From Octopus sinensis (Eukaryota): 64,000 nucleotides of DNA. The notes below the pieces were generated by a model that saw only the letters and a list, made by a program, of their open reading frames with translations, did not search any database and had not been told where the DNA came from. Position 1 is the stretch's first letter, and every line of letters starts with the position of its first letter. Positions 28,624-41,656 of the stretch are shown piece by piece. The stretch is taken from NCBI RefSeq assembly GCF_006345805.1, contig NW_021832220.1:1-64000 (forward strand), read 5' to 3'. Both the position numbers and the translations under genes were made by a program.

Positions 28624-30451
28624 AATATATGTGTGTATGTGTATGTATGTATGTTATATATGCGTGTGTATGTGTATGTGTATGTGTACATATGCGCGTA
28701 CGCTCGTGTGTTTATGCATATGTAGGCACGTAGAGTTACCTATGTGTGTATTTATATGTACATGTGTGTAAGTATGTATATATATGTATATATGTATGTG
28801 TATGTGTGTGTGTGTATATATGTAGATGTATATGTATGTATATATGTATGTGTATGTGTGTGTGTGTATATATATATGTATGTATATATGTATGTGTATG
28901 TGTATGTGTATATATGTATGTATATGTATATATATATATATATATGTGTGTGTAAGTTTATATGTATGTATCCGTCTATATAATAGGTAACTGCACGTAC
29001 ATATACTTAATATTTATTATTTATTTTTTGAGTATGCATGTACGAATAACTGCGCGTATATATATTTTACTATTTACTTCTTTTTTGAGTATGCATGTAA
29101 GTATGAATATAAGGAGGCACGTGTGTGTGTGTGTGTATGTGTAAGCATAGATATATGTATACTTTTACGCATGTGTGTACTTATGTGTATATATGGATGC
29201 GCGCGTGTGTGTGTGTGTGTGTGTGTATGGGTACGCATGTACATGTGTATGTGCGTGTAGTGTATATATATGTATATGTGTGTGTATGCGTATGTGTGTG
29301 TATATATGTGTATGTGTATATTGTGTGATATATATATGTGAATATATATATAATATATATATATATATTATCTATATATATATATATAATATACATGTAG
29401 TATTTGTATGTAGGTGTATATGTATGTGTGTGTATTTATATTTATTGGTGTATATATATAGACTAGCCTTCTAAGAGTGTAGACATAAATCTGTAGGTAC
29501 GCGCCTACGTATGTTTATATACGTGAATGTATTTAGATGGATGTATGTATGAATATAACGCGTGCGTGCGTGTATGTGTATGAGTGTACGAATGAGTGAG
29601 AGTACGTGCTAAAGAGTGTGCGTGAGTGGATGAGTGCTTGTTTTCCAGTAGAATATGGACTGGCTGTCATAGCCAAGATGTTTGTGACCAAGTGGCCAAG
29701 ATAACAAAAGTAATAAACGAAGATAATAAAATTAAAATTAGGGAATGGGTCTGTATTTATATGTGTATATATATGTGTGTATGTGTAGGTTTGCATAGGT
29801 ACACATATGTATATATATACATGTATGTATATGTATGTATGTGTGTGTATATGTGTGTGTATGTGTATATATGTGTATATAGGGACTAGTGTGCTGTGTG
29901 TGCATGTGTGTGTGTGGATATGTGTGTGTATGCGTGTATGTGAGTATGTGTGTGTATGTGTGTATATATATTTTTCTGTGCGTATATGTATGTGAGGTCG
30001 TGTGTGTATATATACATGTGTGTATACGTGTATGCATGTGAGTGTGTGTATGTATACATATGTGTATGTGTAGATATGTATATGTATGTGTATGTGTAAG
30101 TGTGTATATATATGTATATATATGTGTGTGTATGTATGTATACATGTGTGCATAGGTATAAGTGAGAATCTCCTTATTTACCTAAAACTCTACTCCCCCT
30201 TTTTTTTTTTTATATATAGGTTTTTTTTATATATAGGTTTTTTTATTTTTTATTTTTTTATTTTATTTTATTTTATTTTTTTATTTTTTTATTATTTTTT
30301 TATTTATTCTTCTATCTAATTTAACACTGACTCCTTGACCACTCCCCCAAGTATGATATTTTGCGCCATGCCTACCCCCCAAAAAAGTCCCCCACCTACA
30401 CCCCGTTAAACCTGCCTAAATGTATAAATGCCAATACAATTCTTGTTAACT

Positions 30452-30502
30452 AGCTTCCTGAAGATTTCTCTTGAATGAAACAGTTCTAGTCCTGTAGAAG
30501 CT
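30452..30502 (+). ncRNA. Candidate type-I hammerhead ribozyme
   Basis: AGCUUC-CUGAAGA-U UUC UCUU GAA U-GAAAC AG UUCUAGUC CU GUA-GAAGCU. Complete core, stem I 6 bp, stem II 3 bp with a U.U at 10.1/11.1, stem III 4 bp, GUA cleavage triplet. Confidence 0.7.
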
Positions 30503-30600
30503 CCTTCTATATAATAAATTAATTTTACTCTGCTATGTATTGAGTACCTTATTTACTGTGGTTAACCCCGAATCAACCCGGGACCTACATATATATATAT

Positions 30601-30640
<40 letters not shown>

Positions 30641-31849
30641 CATCGAAAGTGAATCCTAATTTCACAGGCAGCAGGGTACAGTGGATAAAGCAACACATTT
30701 TGGCTGAGCATTTATTAATTCTGCAATCCACATGCTTTTTCTAAGTAAACATTATCTTAACTAAGTTATCTCATTATTTCTTACAAAACAGGTACTAAAA
30801 TTATTTAACATACAATTTATACAATTTTAATTATTGATAGCGGTTAAGATGTAATTTGGTTACTTGACTATGGGAGACATAACTTCACTAGTATAAATAT
30901 ATTGATTGTTGTTTAACTCTGAAGTCAACCTTCACTAAGCAAATTTATGACCAAAAGCATTCCAGCTGTGAGCTCCCAGTCTTTAGAAGGGTATCTAGAA
31001 CTACATTATCCAATGTGTCCTTCTTTGTTTAAGGCAGATGTGATTTGTAGGACATTTGGTTGTTTTTCTACCAGGTCAAATGACCACATTGATGTTTCTT
31101 CAAGGTATCATTATGTGATATATCTTGTGGTTAATAAATCCATGTCATAGCCATGTGGTTTGACTTCAGTCTGTGCAGCAGCAAAGCTATTTTCTACCAT
31201 AGCTAGAGGCTGACCAATATCTAATGAGAAAAATTTGGTGGAAGGAAACTGGCCATATTCTGCCCTAATATTCTACCTGTTTTATGTTCAAACAGGCCAT
31301 ATCTGATCTCTCACATTTACCATACAAGAAAACAGGTTAAAAGGTGGTGACAGAAAGAGCATCCAGCCCTAAAATGGTGTCCCAAATAAACTTCCATCTT
31401 ACCCATGATAGCATGGAAAAACAGATTTAAAATTAATGATGTTATCATCATCTTCATTTGACTGTCCACTTTTCCATGCTTGCCCGAGTTTATTAAGGCA
31501 GATTTTGTACAGCTGGATGCCCTTCCTGTTGCCAACCCTCACCTGTTTCCAAGCAAAATAATAATTTCCCCATGGTCAGACATGTTTTTCACAGAAGACT
31601 GAAAACAAATGACTTCACTAGCATGGCAATGACGCATGTTCGGAACTGTCATGTTATATGAATACAAGGACACACACACACACACACACACATGTATGCA
31701 TGTATGTATGTGTGTGTGTATATATATATATATATACACACACACACATACAATATATGCATATGTCATCATCATCATCATTGTTTAACATCTGTTTTCC
31801 ATGCTAGCATGGGTTGGTATGTATATATATAAATATATATACATACACA

Positions 31850-32880
31850 GATGAGTGTACAACAGACCAATTTTATGAAGCCCTTACACACATTCCTTGA
31901 TGATGAATGTCTGGAGACTTCAACAAACATATTGGGACTTGGATTCCATAGAGTACACAGAAACACAAACTTTGGTCCTAGAATTGAGGAGGGATCAAAG
32001 CTCTGATGCAAATGATTAGATGACCTGTAACATTAACTTCAAGAAACCAACCATTTATCTGATCACTATCAATCTTGTGGGTACACAAGCCAGGTTGACT
32101 ACATTTTCACCAGAAAATGGGACAGACAGATGCTTGTACATTTTTGAGTGAAGAATGTACAACTCAACAAAGGTTAGTGGCTAGTGACTTCAGGCTTAGA
32201 TATAAAACAACCAGTTTGGAAAAGGATGTTACGGAAGCTTAAAAATACAATGAACAGACAGAAATGCAGAAAAGTACTAATTGAAGCATCTGATGATGAG
32301 GAGATAGAGACATATAATATAGAAGAGAAATGATCACATTTGAGCAACAGATCAAATGTGTAGCTGGCTGAAATAGGTGGAGCAATGAGGTGAACGGTCA
32401 TTAAAACTAAGAGACAGGCTTGGAAACACTAGAAAAATGGAGGCTGCAAAGAATTAAAGTAGCTAGAAAAGAAGCTAGGCAACAGGTATATATAGAGCAA
32501 AGGGAGGAGCAGAAAGTAAGAGGTCTGCCAATGTTCTGCAGCATGATGACATCAGAGGCATGAAATGATCGAGATTGTAAAACAGTGTATCAGAGGGAAT
32601 CAACATGTTGTGGGCAAGAAGTGTTTGGATGGATGATGGAACATTTAATATTAGTGATTTGGAAAATAGATGTGAATGCTACTATGAAATGCTATTAGGA
32701 TAATGTGTGGAAGAAAAAAAGGTCTTTCCAATGTGAACCAAATAAAGAAAATAGCTATTGTAGTTGACAGAAGCATAGAAGGTAGAGCAATTTAGGATAT
32801 GATGGCAGAGAAAGCCCTTAGTCCACCAGGAATTACCTCCAAGATGCTTAAAATATCTGGCAGAGTAGGATACAGCCTAG
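31850..32880 (+). mobile_element. Highly degenerate RTE LINE (AP-endonuclease region)
   Basis: Recognisable remnants of GDFN..IG, FG.RIEEG, CNINFKK and QVDYI, plus the linker similar to 6400-6900. Confidence 0.6.
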
Positions 32881-32883
32881 TCA

Positions 32884-35345
32884 CATCATCATCATCATCG
32901 TTTAACGTCCGCTTTCCATGCTAGCATGGGTTGGACGAATGACTAAGGGCTGGCGAACCAGATGGCTGCACCAGGCTTCAATCTTGATCTGGCAGAGTTT
33001 CTACAGCTGCATGCCCTTCCTAATGCCAACCACTCCGAGAGTGTAGTGGGTACTTTTACGTGCCACCAGCATGAAACCAATCAGGTAGTACTGGCAACGA
33101 CCTTGCTCAAATCTTTTACACATGCCACCAGCACAGATGCCAGTAAGGCGATGCTGGTAACGATCACGCTCGGATGGTGCTCTCAATACCCTACTTGCAC
33201 GGGGCTCGAGTGCCAGTAAGGTGACGCTGGTAACGATCATGCTCGAACGGTTCTCTTTGCACCCTGCTAGCACGGACGCCAGTCATCGAATTTGATTTCA
33301 CTTGCCTCAACAGGTCTTCGCAAGCAGAGTTTTAGTGTCCAAAGAAGGAAAAGGTACACATAAGAGGGCTGGTAATGCCCCTGGCATAGGCCTTCAGATT
33401 ATGGTCTCATTTGGCTTGCCGGGTCTTCTCACACACGGCATATTTCCAAAAGTCTCAGTCGCTAGTCATTTCCTTGGTGAGGTTTGAAGGTTGTGCTTCA
33501 CCACTTCATCCCAGGTTTTCCTGGGTCTACCTCTTCCACAGGTTCCCTCAACCGCTAGGGTGTGGCACTTTTTCACACAGTTGTCCTCATCCATTCTCGC
33601 CACATGACCATACCAGCGCAAACGTCTCTCTTGCACACCACATCTGATGCTTCTTAGGTCCAACTTTTCTCTCAAGGTACTTACACTCTGTCGAGTATGC
33701 ACACTGACATTACACATCCATCTGATCATACTGGCTTCATTCCTTGCAAGCTTACGCATGTCCTCAGCAGTCACAGCCCATGTTTCACTGCCATGTAGCA
33801 TGGCTGTTCGTACACATGTCATACAGTCTACCTTTTACTCTGAGCGAGAGGTCCTTTGTCACCAGCAGAAGTAAGAGCTCTCTGAACTTTGCCCAAGCTA
33901 TTTTTATCGCACCCTCCCCTGCTACTGACTTGGTCACCTAAGTAATGGAAGCTATCAACCACTTCTAGTTTTCCTCCCTGGAATGTGGCGGAAGTTGTTC
34001 TCAGTGCATTTTCAGTGTTTATTGCTCCCAAGCATCTGCCACATACAAAAACTATCTTCCTAGTTAGCCTTCCTTTGATATTACTGCACCTCTTATGTGT
34101 CTATAGTTTACACTTAGTACATCTTATAAGAGTTTCTACCTATGCCTCTACAACAGATCGAGCAGGGCCATCTACCTGAAGGGATTTGTGGTTTGCCTGC
34201 TTTCCTACTTATTAAGACTTTGGTTTTAGCTAGGTTGACTCTAAGGCCCTTCAATTCTAATCCTTGTTTCCACACCTGAAACTTCTCCTCCAGTTCTGAT
34301 AGTGACTCAGCAATTAGTGCAAGGGCATCAGCATAGAGGCACTCCCAGGGGCATCCTGTCTTGAATTCCTCCATTATTGCCTGGAGGACTAAGATAGATA
34401 GGTGGGGACTGAGGACTGAACCTTGGTGGACCCCTACCTCTACCCTGAATTCTTCAGTGTGCTCGTTGCCAACCCTCACCTTACAGCACCCCTGTACATG
34501 GCTTGCACAGCTCTCACTAACCATTCATCTATCCTTAGTTTCTTCATTGACCACCGGATAAGGGATTGAGGGACCCTGTCAAAGGCTTTCTTCATGTCAA
34601 CGAAAAGCCAGGTACAGGGGCTTATGTTTGGCTAGGTATTTCTCCTGCAGCTGTCTTACCAGAAATATGGCATCAGTGGTGCTTTTCCCTGGCATGAAAC
34701 CAAACTGCATCTCATCCAAGCTGACTCTCTCCCTAATCAGTTGGGCTATGACCCTCTACGTGACCTTCATTACCTGATCCAACAGCTTGTTACCTCTGTA
34801 ATTATTTATATCTAAAGTGTCACCTTTACCTTTGTAGCAGTTAACTATTATGCTGCTACACCAGTCATTGGGAATGACTCCTTTGTGTATCACCTGGTTT
34901 ACAATACGGGTGACTAGGCTATAGCCGACACTGCCAGATATTTTGAGCATCTCTGCAGTGATTCCTGATGGGCCTGGGGCTTTCCCTGTCTTCATACTTC
35001 TAATTGCCTTATCTACCAAGGTACTCTCAACTCGGATAGCTGGTCCCTCTGTTGGGTCGACATTCGGCAGACTCTTTTTTGCCCATTCATTTTCTTTATT
35101 CAGCAACCTTTCATAGTGGCTTCTCCAAGTCTCTCTCTTTTCAGCCTCATTAAATGCAAGTGAGCCATCATCCATGTGGACACATTTCTCTCCTACCACA
35201 TCAGGATTCTCTCTCACACACTGTCTTGCAACACGAAATGCCTTAATTCTTTCGTCCTCACGACGCAGAACATTGGCAGATTTTTTCTTATCTGCTTCTC
35301 CTATGGCTAAATGAACCTGCCTCCTAGCTTCCCTTCTGGCAGTCT
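32884..35345 (-). mobile_element. RTE-clade LINE, same family, 5'-truncated
   Basis: KAPGPSGITAEM, HQGSVLSPHL, LYADAL, RLRWYGHVARM and GRPRKTW motifs, with a (CAT)n tail at ~32884. Confidence 0.88.
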
Positions 35346-35723
35346 GATACACTTCACCCATATAGTTAATCAGGATGTATAGAAAGGTATTATACCCAAT
35401 GACTGGCATAGCAGCATTGTAGTCAACTGTTATAGGAAGACAGACGTTAAATGATGTTGCTATTTTTTTTTAGTAGACATAACTGACTTCTACACGTTCT
35501 TCACTGATGATTCTATGATCCACAAAAACAGATGAATTATATCCAAAATGCTAATGTTGCTGCTACCAAAAAGTATTGGGGACTTGATACTTTTTGTTTC
35601 AGAAGAGTTGCCCTTCCAACTATAATCATCCTTATTTCTTTTAAATCTCTGAATTATCACTATTATCCCATTACATGACATTTTGAGTTTATTGGGTACC
35701 TGGAAATTGAATAAAATCAGTCG

Positions 35724-35841
<118 letters not shown>

Positions 35842-35851
35842 ATATATATAT

Positions 35852-37167
35852 GAGTGGCTGTGTGGTAAGTAGCTTGCTTACCAACCACATGGTTCCGGGT
35901 TCTATCCCACTGCATGGCACCTTGGGTAAGTGTCTTCTACTATAGCCTTGGGCCGACCAAAGCCTTGTGAGTGGATTTGGTAGACAGAAACTGAAGGAAG
36001 CCCGTCGTGTGTATATATATATATATATATATGGCGAAGTTTCGCATGTCGTAGCACAGATTTCCGTCGATTTCCGTAAAAAACTTTTATTTTTTTACAT
36101 AAGTAATGAGAGCGAAAGAGACTAAGAGGAAGCGATTTTATGACGAGAAGGTTTCTCTTTGAAATCGGCCTGTGTGTGTTTGATGGGGTGTGGGAGACAG
36201 ACAGTATGTTGTGTAAGTGAAGTGCTTCTGTTAGTGTGTGCGAAGAGACAGAGAGAGTAATGTGTGAAAGAGAGAGATAACTGATTTTTTACTCGGTGTA
36301 TGTGTATATGTATGTATGCATGTATGTGTGTGTGTGTGTATGTATCTATGTATGTGTGTGTGTGTGTAAGTATGTGTGTGTGTATGTATGTATGTATGGC
36401 CGATTCATCGTAATTTTTTACTCGGTGTATGTGTATATGTATGTCTGCATGTATGTGTGTGTGTGTATGTTATGTATCTATGTATGTGTGTATGTGTATG
36501 TATGTATGTGTGTATGTATGTATGGTCGATTCAGTGTAATTTTTTACTCGGTGTATGTGTATATGTATGTCTGCATGTATGTGTGTGTGTGTATGTATCT
36601 ATGTGTGTGTGTGTGTGTGTAAGTATGTGTGTGTGTATGTATGTATGTATGTATGTGTGTGTGTGTATGTATCTATGTATGTGTGTGTGTGTATGTATGT
36701 ATGTATGGCCGATTCATAGTAATCTTTTACTCGGTGTATGTGTATATGTATGTCTGTCTCTTCACACACACTAACAGAAGCACTTCACTTACACAACATA
36801 CTGTCTGTCTCCCACACCCCATCAAACACACACAGGCCGACTTCAAAGTGAAACCTTCTCGTCGTAAAATCGCTTCCTCTTAGTCTCTTTCGCTCTCATT
36901 ACTTATGTAAAAAAATAAAAGTTTTTTACGGAAATCGACGGAAATCCAACCGAAACTATGCCATATATATATATATATATATTTGTGAGTGTGTGTATGT
37001 ATATGTTTGTTCCCCCAACATCGCTTGGCAACCGATGCTGTGTTTACGACAAAAGAGACCGATAAAATAAGTACTAGGCTTACAAAGAATAAGTCCCGGG
37101 GTCGATTTGCTCGACTAAAGGCGGTGCTCCAGCATGGCCACAGTCACGACTGAAACAAGTAAAAGAG
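35852..37167 (+). mobile_element. tRNA-derived SINE (family A) interrupted by the 930-bp MITE
   Basis: Head at 35852, body to ~36010, resuming at ~36985 and ending GAAACAAGTAAAAGAGTA. Confidence 0.75.
36033..36962. mobile_element. MITE with ~190-bp inverted arms and four internal TTTTTACTCGGTGTATG repeats, inserted in a (TA)n tract
   Basis: Arms ~36059-36250 and ~36755-36946 are reverse complements. Termini are GGC..GCC, flanked by TA repeats. Confidence 0.75.
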
Positions 37168-38929
37168 TATATATATACATCCATGCCAGCACGGAAGGCG
37201 GACGGACGTTAAACGATGATGATGATATATATATACAGAATGTGTCCTGGTGTTGACACCATGTCATATAGATTATGTTCGTTTCTCGTCTTCCGTGAAA
37301 AACATGTCTAGCCACGGGGATCAGTTACTTTGCTCGGAAACAGGTAGGGGTTGTCAACAAGGGCATCCAGTCGTAGAAAATCTGCTTTTACAAATTCCGT
37401 GTGACACATATGCAAGCATGAAAAAGTGGATAAGGAGTTTACAGGACTACAATAAAGAGGGAAAGTATTCAATGAGAAAAGTTTAGAAAACAAAAAGAGA
37501 GAAAAAAACGTTTTCACTCTCCAAGTACCGATTTCTTTCATAAACAAATAAGTTGATTTGTTATTGGGCTCCTAGACTGAACAACTGCATGATCTTTACA
37601 TCGTGACCAACTACTCTCACTTATTTTTTCTTGGACTACTTTACTGAATACGCCCTTCTCTCTTTCTTTTAAAGAGGTTAAGTATGGATCCGAGAGTAAT
37701 TTGACTGCTATTTCTAGCTAGCCGAGTGACACGTATAAGCCCCTCTACTCACCCACGTTAGCCTTGTTACCCAATCATGTGAACGTCTAAAGAACTGAAA
37801 GTTATTAACAGTTGACAAACCAAATTCTAGTCAAGAACTCGTTAAAAGTTGCTGAGTCTTAACAGAAACCATTAACATTTGAAGTAATAGACCTTTTTTT
37901 TTTAAAGTGTGTGTGTGTGGATTGTAGGTGGTAGAAAAAGGTCTCTGGTTTAAGAATCAATATATTTATCCCAATACATCATAATTGACACAAAACTTAC
38001 GAAGATAAATGCTTTATGAAAAACAATAGTTGAGCATTTTCAGAGAGATTTTAATCCAGTCAACACAAGGCCCGCAATTTTAGGTGGGGAAAGGTCAGAA
38101 TTGACGGTAAAATTACAGATTAACACCCGCACGATTTTCACTAAGAAAAAAAAAAAAAAAACTCGGATTTTTTGCGTGGGATCAAGTACCCTGACCTCCT
38201 AATATGCTGCAAATCCCATATTTTGGTCCGGAATTGCTCCGGGAAGGGGGGGGGTAACACCCCTCCCCCGGAATTTTCACAAGGAAGAAGAAAAAAACCT
38301 CAGATTTCTTGCGTGGAATCAAGTACCCTGACCTCCTAATGTGCTGCAAATCCCATATTTTGGTCCGGAATTTTCACAAGGAAAAAAAAAATCAGATTTT
38401 TTGCGTGGGATCAAGTAACTTGACCTCCTAATATGCTGCAAATCCCATATTTTGGTCCGGAATTGCTCCGGAAAGGGGGGGTAACCCCCTCCCCCGGAAT
38501 TTTCACAAGGAAAAAAAAATAACAAATCAATAATTTAGAAAAGAAACATTTCTAGAAGATAGTAAATTGAAGTGTGAACAAATCATTGGGCAAAAGAAGA
38601 TTTGGCATACTGTCATGCTTTTAGCTGTCAGAAGTGAAAGTCGTCAACTTCGTGTATTTGCGTCAGGTTCGCCGTTAGGCTTATAAAACAATTGAAGTTC
38701 AGTTTAAAGTTTATAAATAAATACATTTCATTCCATGTTCTGTTTAAACTTTATAAATAAATATATTCTTGCAGTGTGTGTATATGTGGCTATATGTCTG
38801 ACTAATGTGTGTGTCTGTATTTATTGTATGTGTGTATAAGTAGTTATATGCTTATATTATCCATTATAGTAATATTTGTCTGTTGAAACCTGTTTTAAGG
38901 CGGTCAATAGTTTAATTGAAGATGTATCT

Positions 38930-38973
<44 letters not shown>

Positions 38974-39254
38974 GTGTATATATACATGTGTATACATATA
39001 TATATATATACACATGTCTATATATATACACATGTATATATAAATATATATATAAGTATATATATATACACATGTATATATATATATATACATGTATAGA
39101 CACATCTTTAATTAACTATTGACCGCCTTAAAACGGGTTTCAACAGACAAATATTACTATAATGGATAATGTAATGGATAAAATTCAGACAAACTTACCT
39201 CTTGCTGTCAAAAAAGTGGATTAATTCTCAGCAAAACATACTGTTATGCTAGAC

Positions 39255-39922
39255 CAGTGGTTTTCAACCAGGGTTCCGCAAGAAGTTGCAAAACTGCTAA
39301 AATCGGCAGTAATTTTTAATTCTCCTGTGCAGATATGCGTGCATAAGACTATTAAATTATTGCACAGGGGTTCCTCGAGCCAGTGGAATGTTTGAATTAC
39401 GCTGTGTGGTTTCAGTTTCTAATTTTTGCTTCTGATCTCTCTTTGCCCACCCCCTCTCTATCTCAGTTGTTCATTCTGCTGATATTTAGAAAAGTTTTCG
39501 CGCCAAGTTTTGTTGTGGGCGGGAAAAGATGAACGATTTAAAATAAATATACCTTAATTGTAGTGTGAGAAAGTATATATATTCTGATGATAAAATATAT
39601 TATCTTTCAAAAACATCCCAAATTTATAGACTATATCGTGTATGTTTAAGAAATGGTTCATGAGACATTGTTCATCTGTCTCCCCACCACACCTCCACAA
39701 AAATTAGTTTGAGATAGAGAGGGCGGCACAGAGAGAGATCAGAAGCAAAAATTAGAACCTGACACTATCACAGAGCGTAATTCAAACATTCCACTGGCTC
39801 GAGGAACCCCTGTACAATAATTTAATAGTCTTATGCACGCATATCTGCACAGGAGAATTAAAAATTACTGCCGATTTTAGCAGTTTTGCAACTTCTTGCG
39901 GAACCCTGGTTGAAAACCACTG
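39255..39922. mobile_element. hAT-type MITE (copy 1)
   Basis: CAGTGGTTTTCAACC...GGTTGAAAACCACTG termini with ~200-bp inverted arms. Confidence 0.75.
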
Positions 39923-40514
39923 GTCTAGCATAACAGTATGTTTTGCTGAGAATTAATCCACTTTTTTTGACAGCAAGAGGTAAGTTTGTCTGAATTTTAT
40001 CCATTACATTATCCATTATAGTAATATTTGTCTGTTGAAACCCGTTTTAAGGCGGTCAATAGTTTAATTAAAGATGTGTCTATACATGTATATATATATA
40101 CATGTGTATATATATATATTTATATATACATGTGTATATATAGACATGTGTATACATATATATATATATATATGTATACACATGTATATATACACCTGTA
40201 TATATATATATATAATATATATATATATATATACAGGTGTATATATACATGTGTATACATATATATATATATACACATGTCTATATATATACACATGTAT
40301 ATATAAATATATATATAAGTATATATATATACACATGTATATATATATACATGTATAGACACATCTTTAATTAAACTATTGACCGCCTTAAAACGGGTTT
40401 CAACAGACAAATATTACTATAATGGATAATGTAATGGATAAAATTCAGACAAACTTACCTCTTGCTGTCAAAAAAGTGGATTAATTCTCAGCAAAACATA
40501 CTGTTATGCTAGAC

Positions 40515-41182
40515 CAGTGGTTTTCAACCAGGGTTCCGCAAGAAGTTGCAAAACTGCTAAAATCGGCAGTAATTTTTAATTCTCCTGTGCAGATATGCGT
40601 GCATAAGACTATTAAATTATTGCACAGGGGTTCCTCGAGCCAGTGGAATGTTTGAATTACGCTGTGTGGTTTCAGTTTCTAATTTTTGCTTCTGATCTCT
40701 CTTTGCCCACCCCCTCTCTATCTCAGTTGTTCATTCTGCTGATATTTAGAAAAGTTTTCGCGCCAAGTTTTGTTGTGGGCGGGAAAAGATGAACGATTTA
40801 AAATAAATATACCTTAATTGTAGTGTGAGAAAGTATATATATTCTGATGATAAAATATATTATCTTTCAAAAACATCCCAAATTTATAGACTATATCGTG
40901 TATGTTTAAGAAATGGTTCATGAGACATTGTTCATCTGTCTCCCCACCACACCTCCACAAAAATTAGTTTGAGATAGAGAGGGCGGCACAGAGAGAGATC
41001 AGAAGCAAAAATTAGAACCTGACACTATCACAGAGCGTAATTCAAACATTCCACTGGCTCGAGGAACCCCTGTACAATAATTTAATAGTCTTATGCACGC
41101 ATATCTGCACAGGAGAATTAAAAATTACTGCCGATTTTAGCAGTTTTGCAACTTCTTGCGGAACCCTGGTTGAAAACCACTG
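40515..41182. mobile_element. hAT-type MITE (copy 2, tandem duplicate at +1260 bp)
   Basis: Appears identical to copy 1 over the full length inspected. Confidence 0.75.
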
Positions 41183-41457
41183 GTCTAGCATAACAGTATG
41201 TTTTGCTGAGAATTAATCCACTTTTTTTGACAGCAAGAGGTAAGTTTGTCTGAATTTTATCCATTACATTATCCATTATAGTAATATTTGTCTGTTGAAA
41301 CCCGTTTTAAGGCGGTCAATAGTTTAATTAAAGATGTGTCTATACATGTATATATATATACATGTGTATATATATATATTTATATATACATGTGTATATA
41401 TATAGACATGTGTATACATATATATATATATATATGTATACACATGTATATATACAC

Positions 41458-41537
<80 letters not shown>

Positions 41538-41656
41538 AGATACATCTTTAATTAAACTATTGACCGCCTTAAAACAGGTTTCAACAGACAAATATTACTA
41601 TAATGGATAATATAAGCATATAACTACTTATACAAGGTTGTGTGGAGAAATCTCAC

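Larger units (their letters stand above)
24279..30519. mobile_element. ~6.2-kb fold-back element: two inverted ~3-kb microsatellite-rich arms with an 18-nt loop; Penelope-pLTR/retrozyme-like
   Basis: Arms 24279-27219 and 27238-30519 are reverse complements in all non-microsatellite blocks. Loop is tttttagcctcttccact. The outer ends carry the hammerhead followed by AATAAA. Both sides are flanked by (TA)n. Confidence 0.7.
38106..41634. mobile_element. Second copy of the same Merlin-like element (E1), right arm missing, in TICRR intron 1
   Basis: Same left TIR at 38106 and the same internal blocks as E2. It breaks off about 25 bp into the right arm. No right TIR or TSD is present. Confidence 0.8.

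Noticed and set aside
24479-30319. Dozens of long ORFs rich in H/T/Y/I or C/V/Y/M, also at 36.3-36.9 kb and 38.9-45.0 kb
   Set aside because: They are translations of (TA)/(CA)/(TG) microsatellites, which lack stop codons by composition, so they are not proteins.
35500-35530. Other CTGATGA motifs (here, ~842, ~3428) as hammerheads
   Set aside because: There is no correctly placed GAAA, stem II/III or NUH with a closing stem I.
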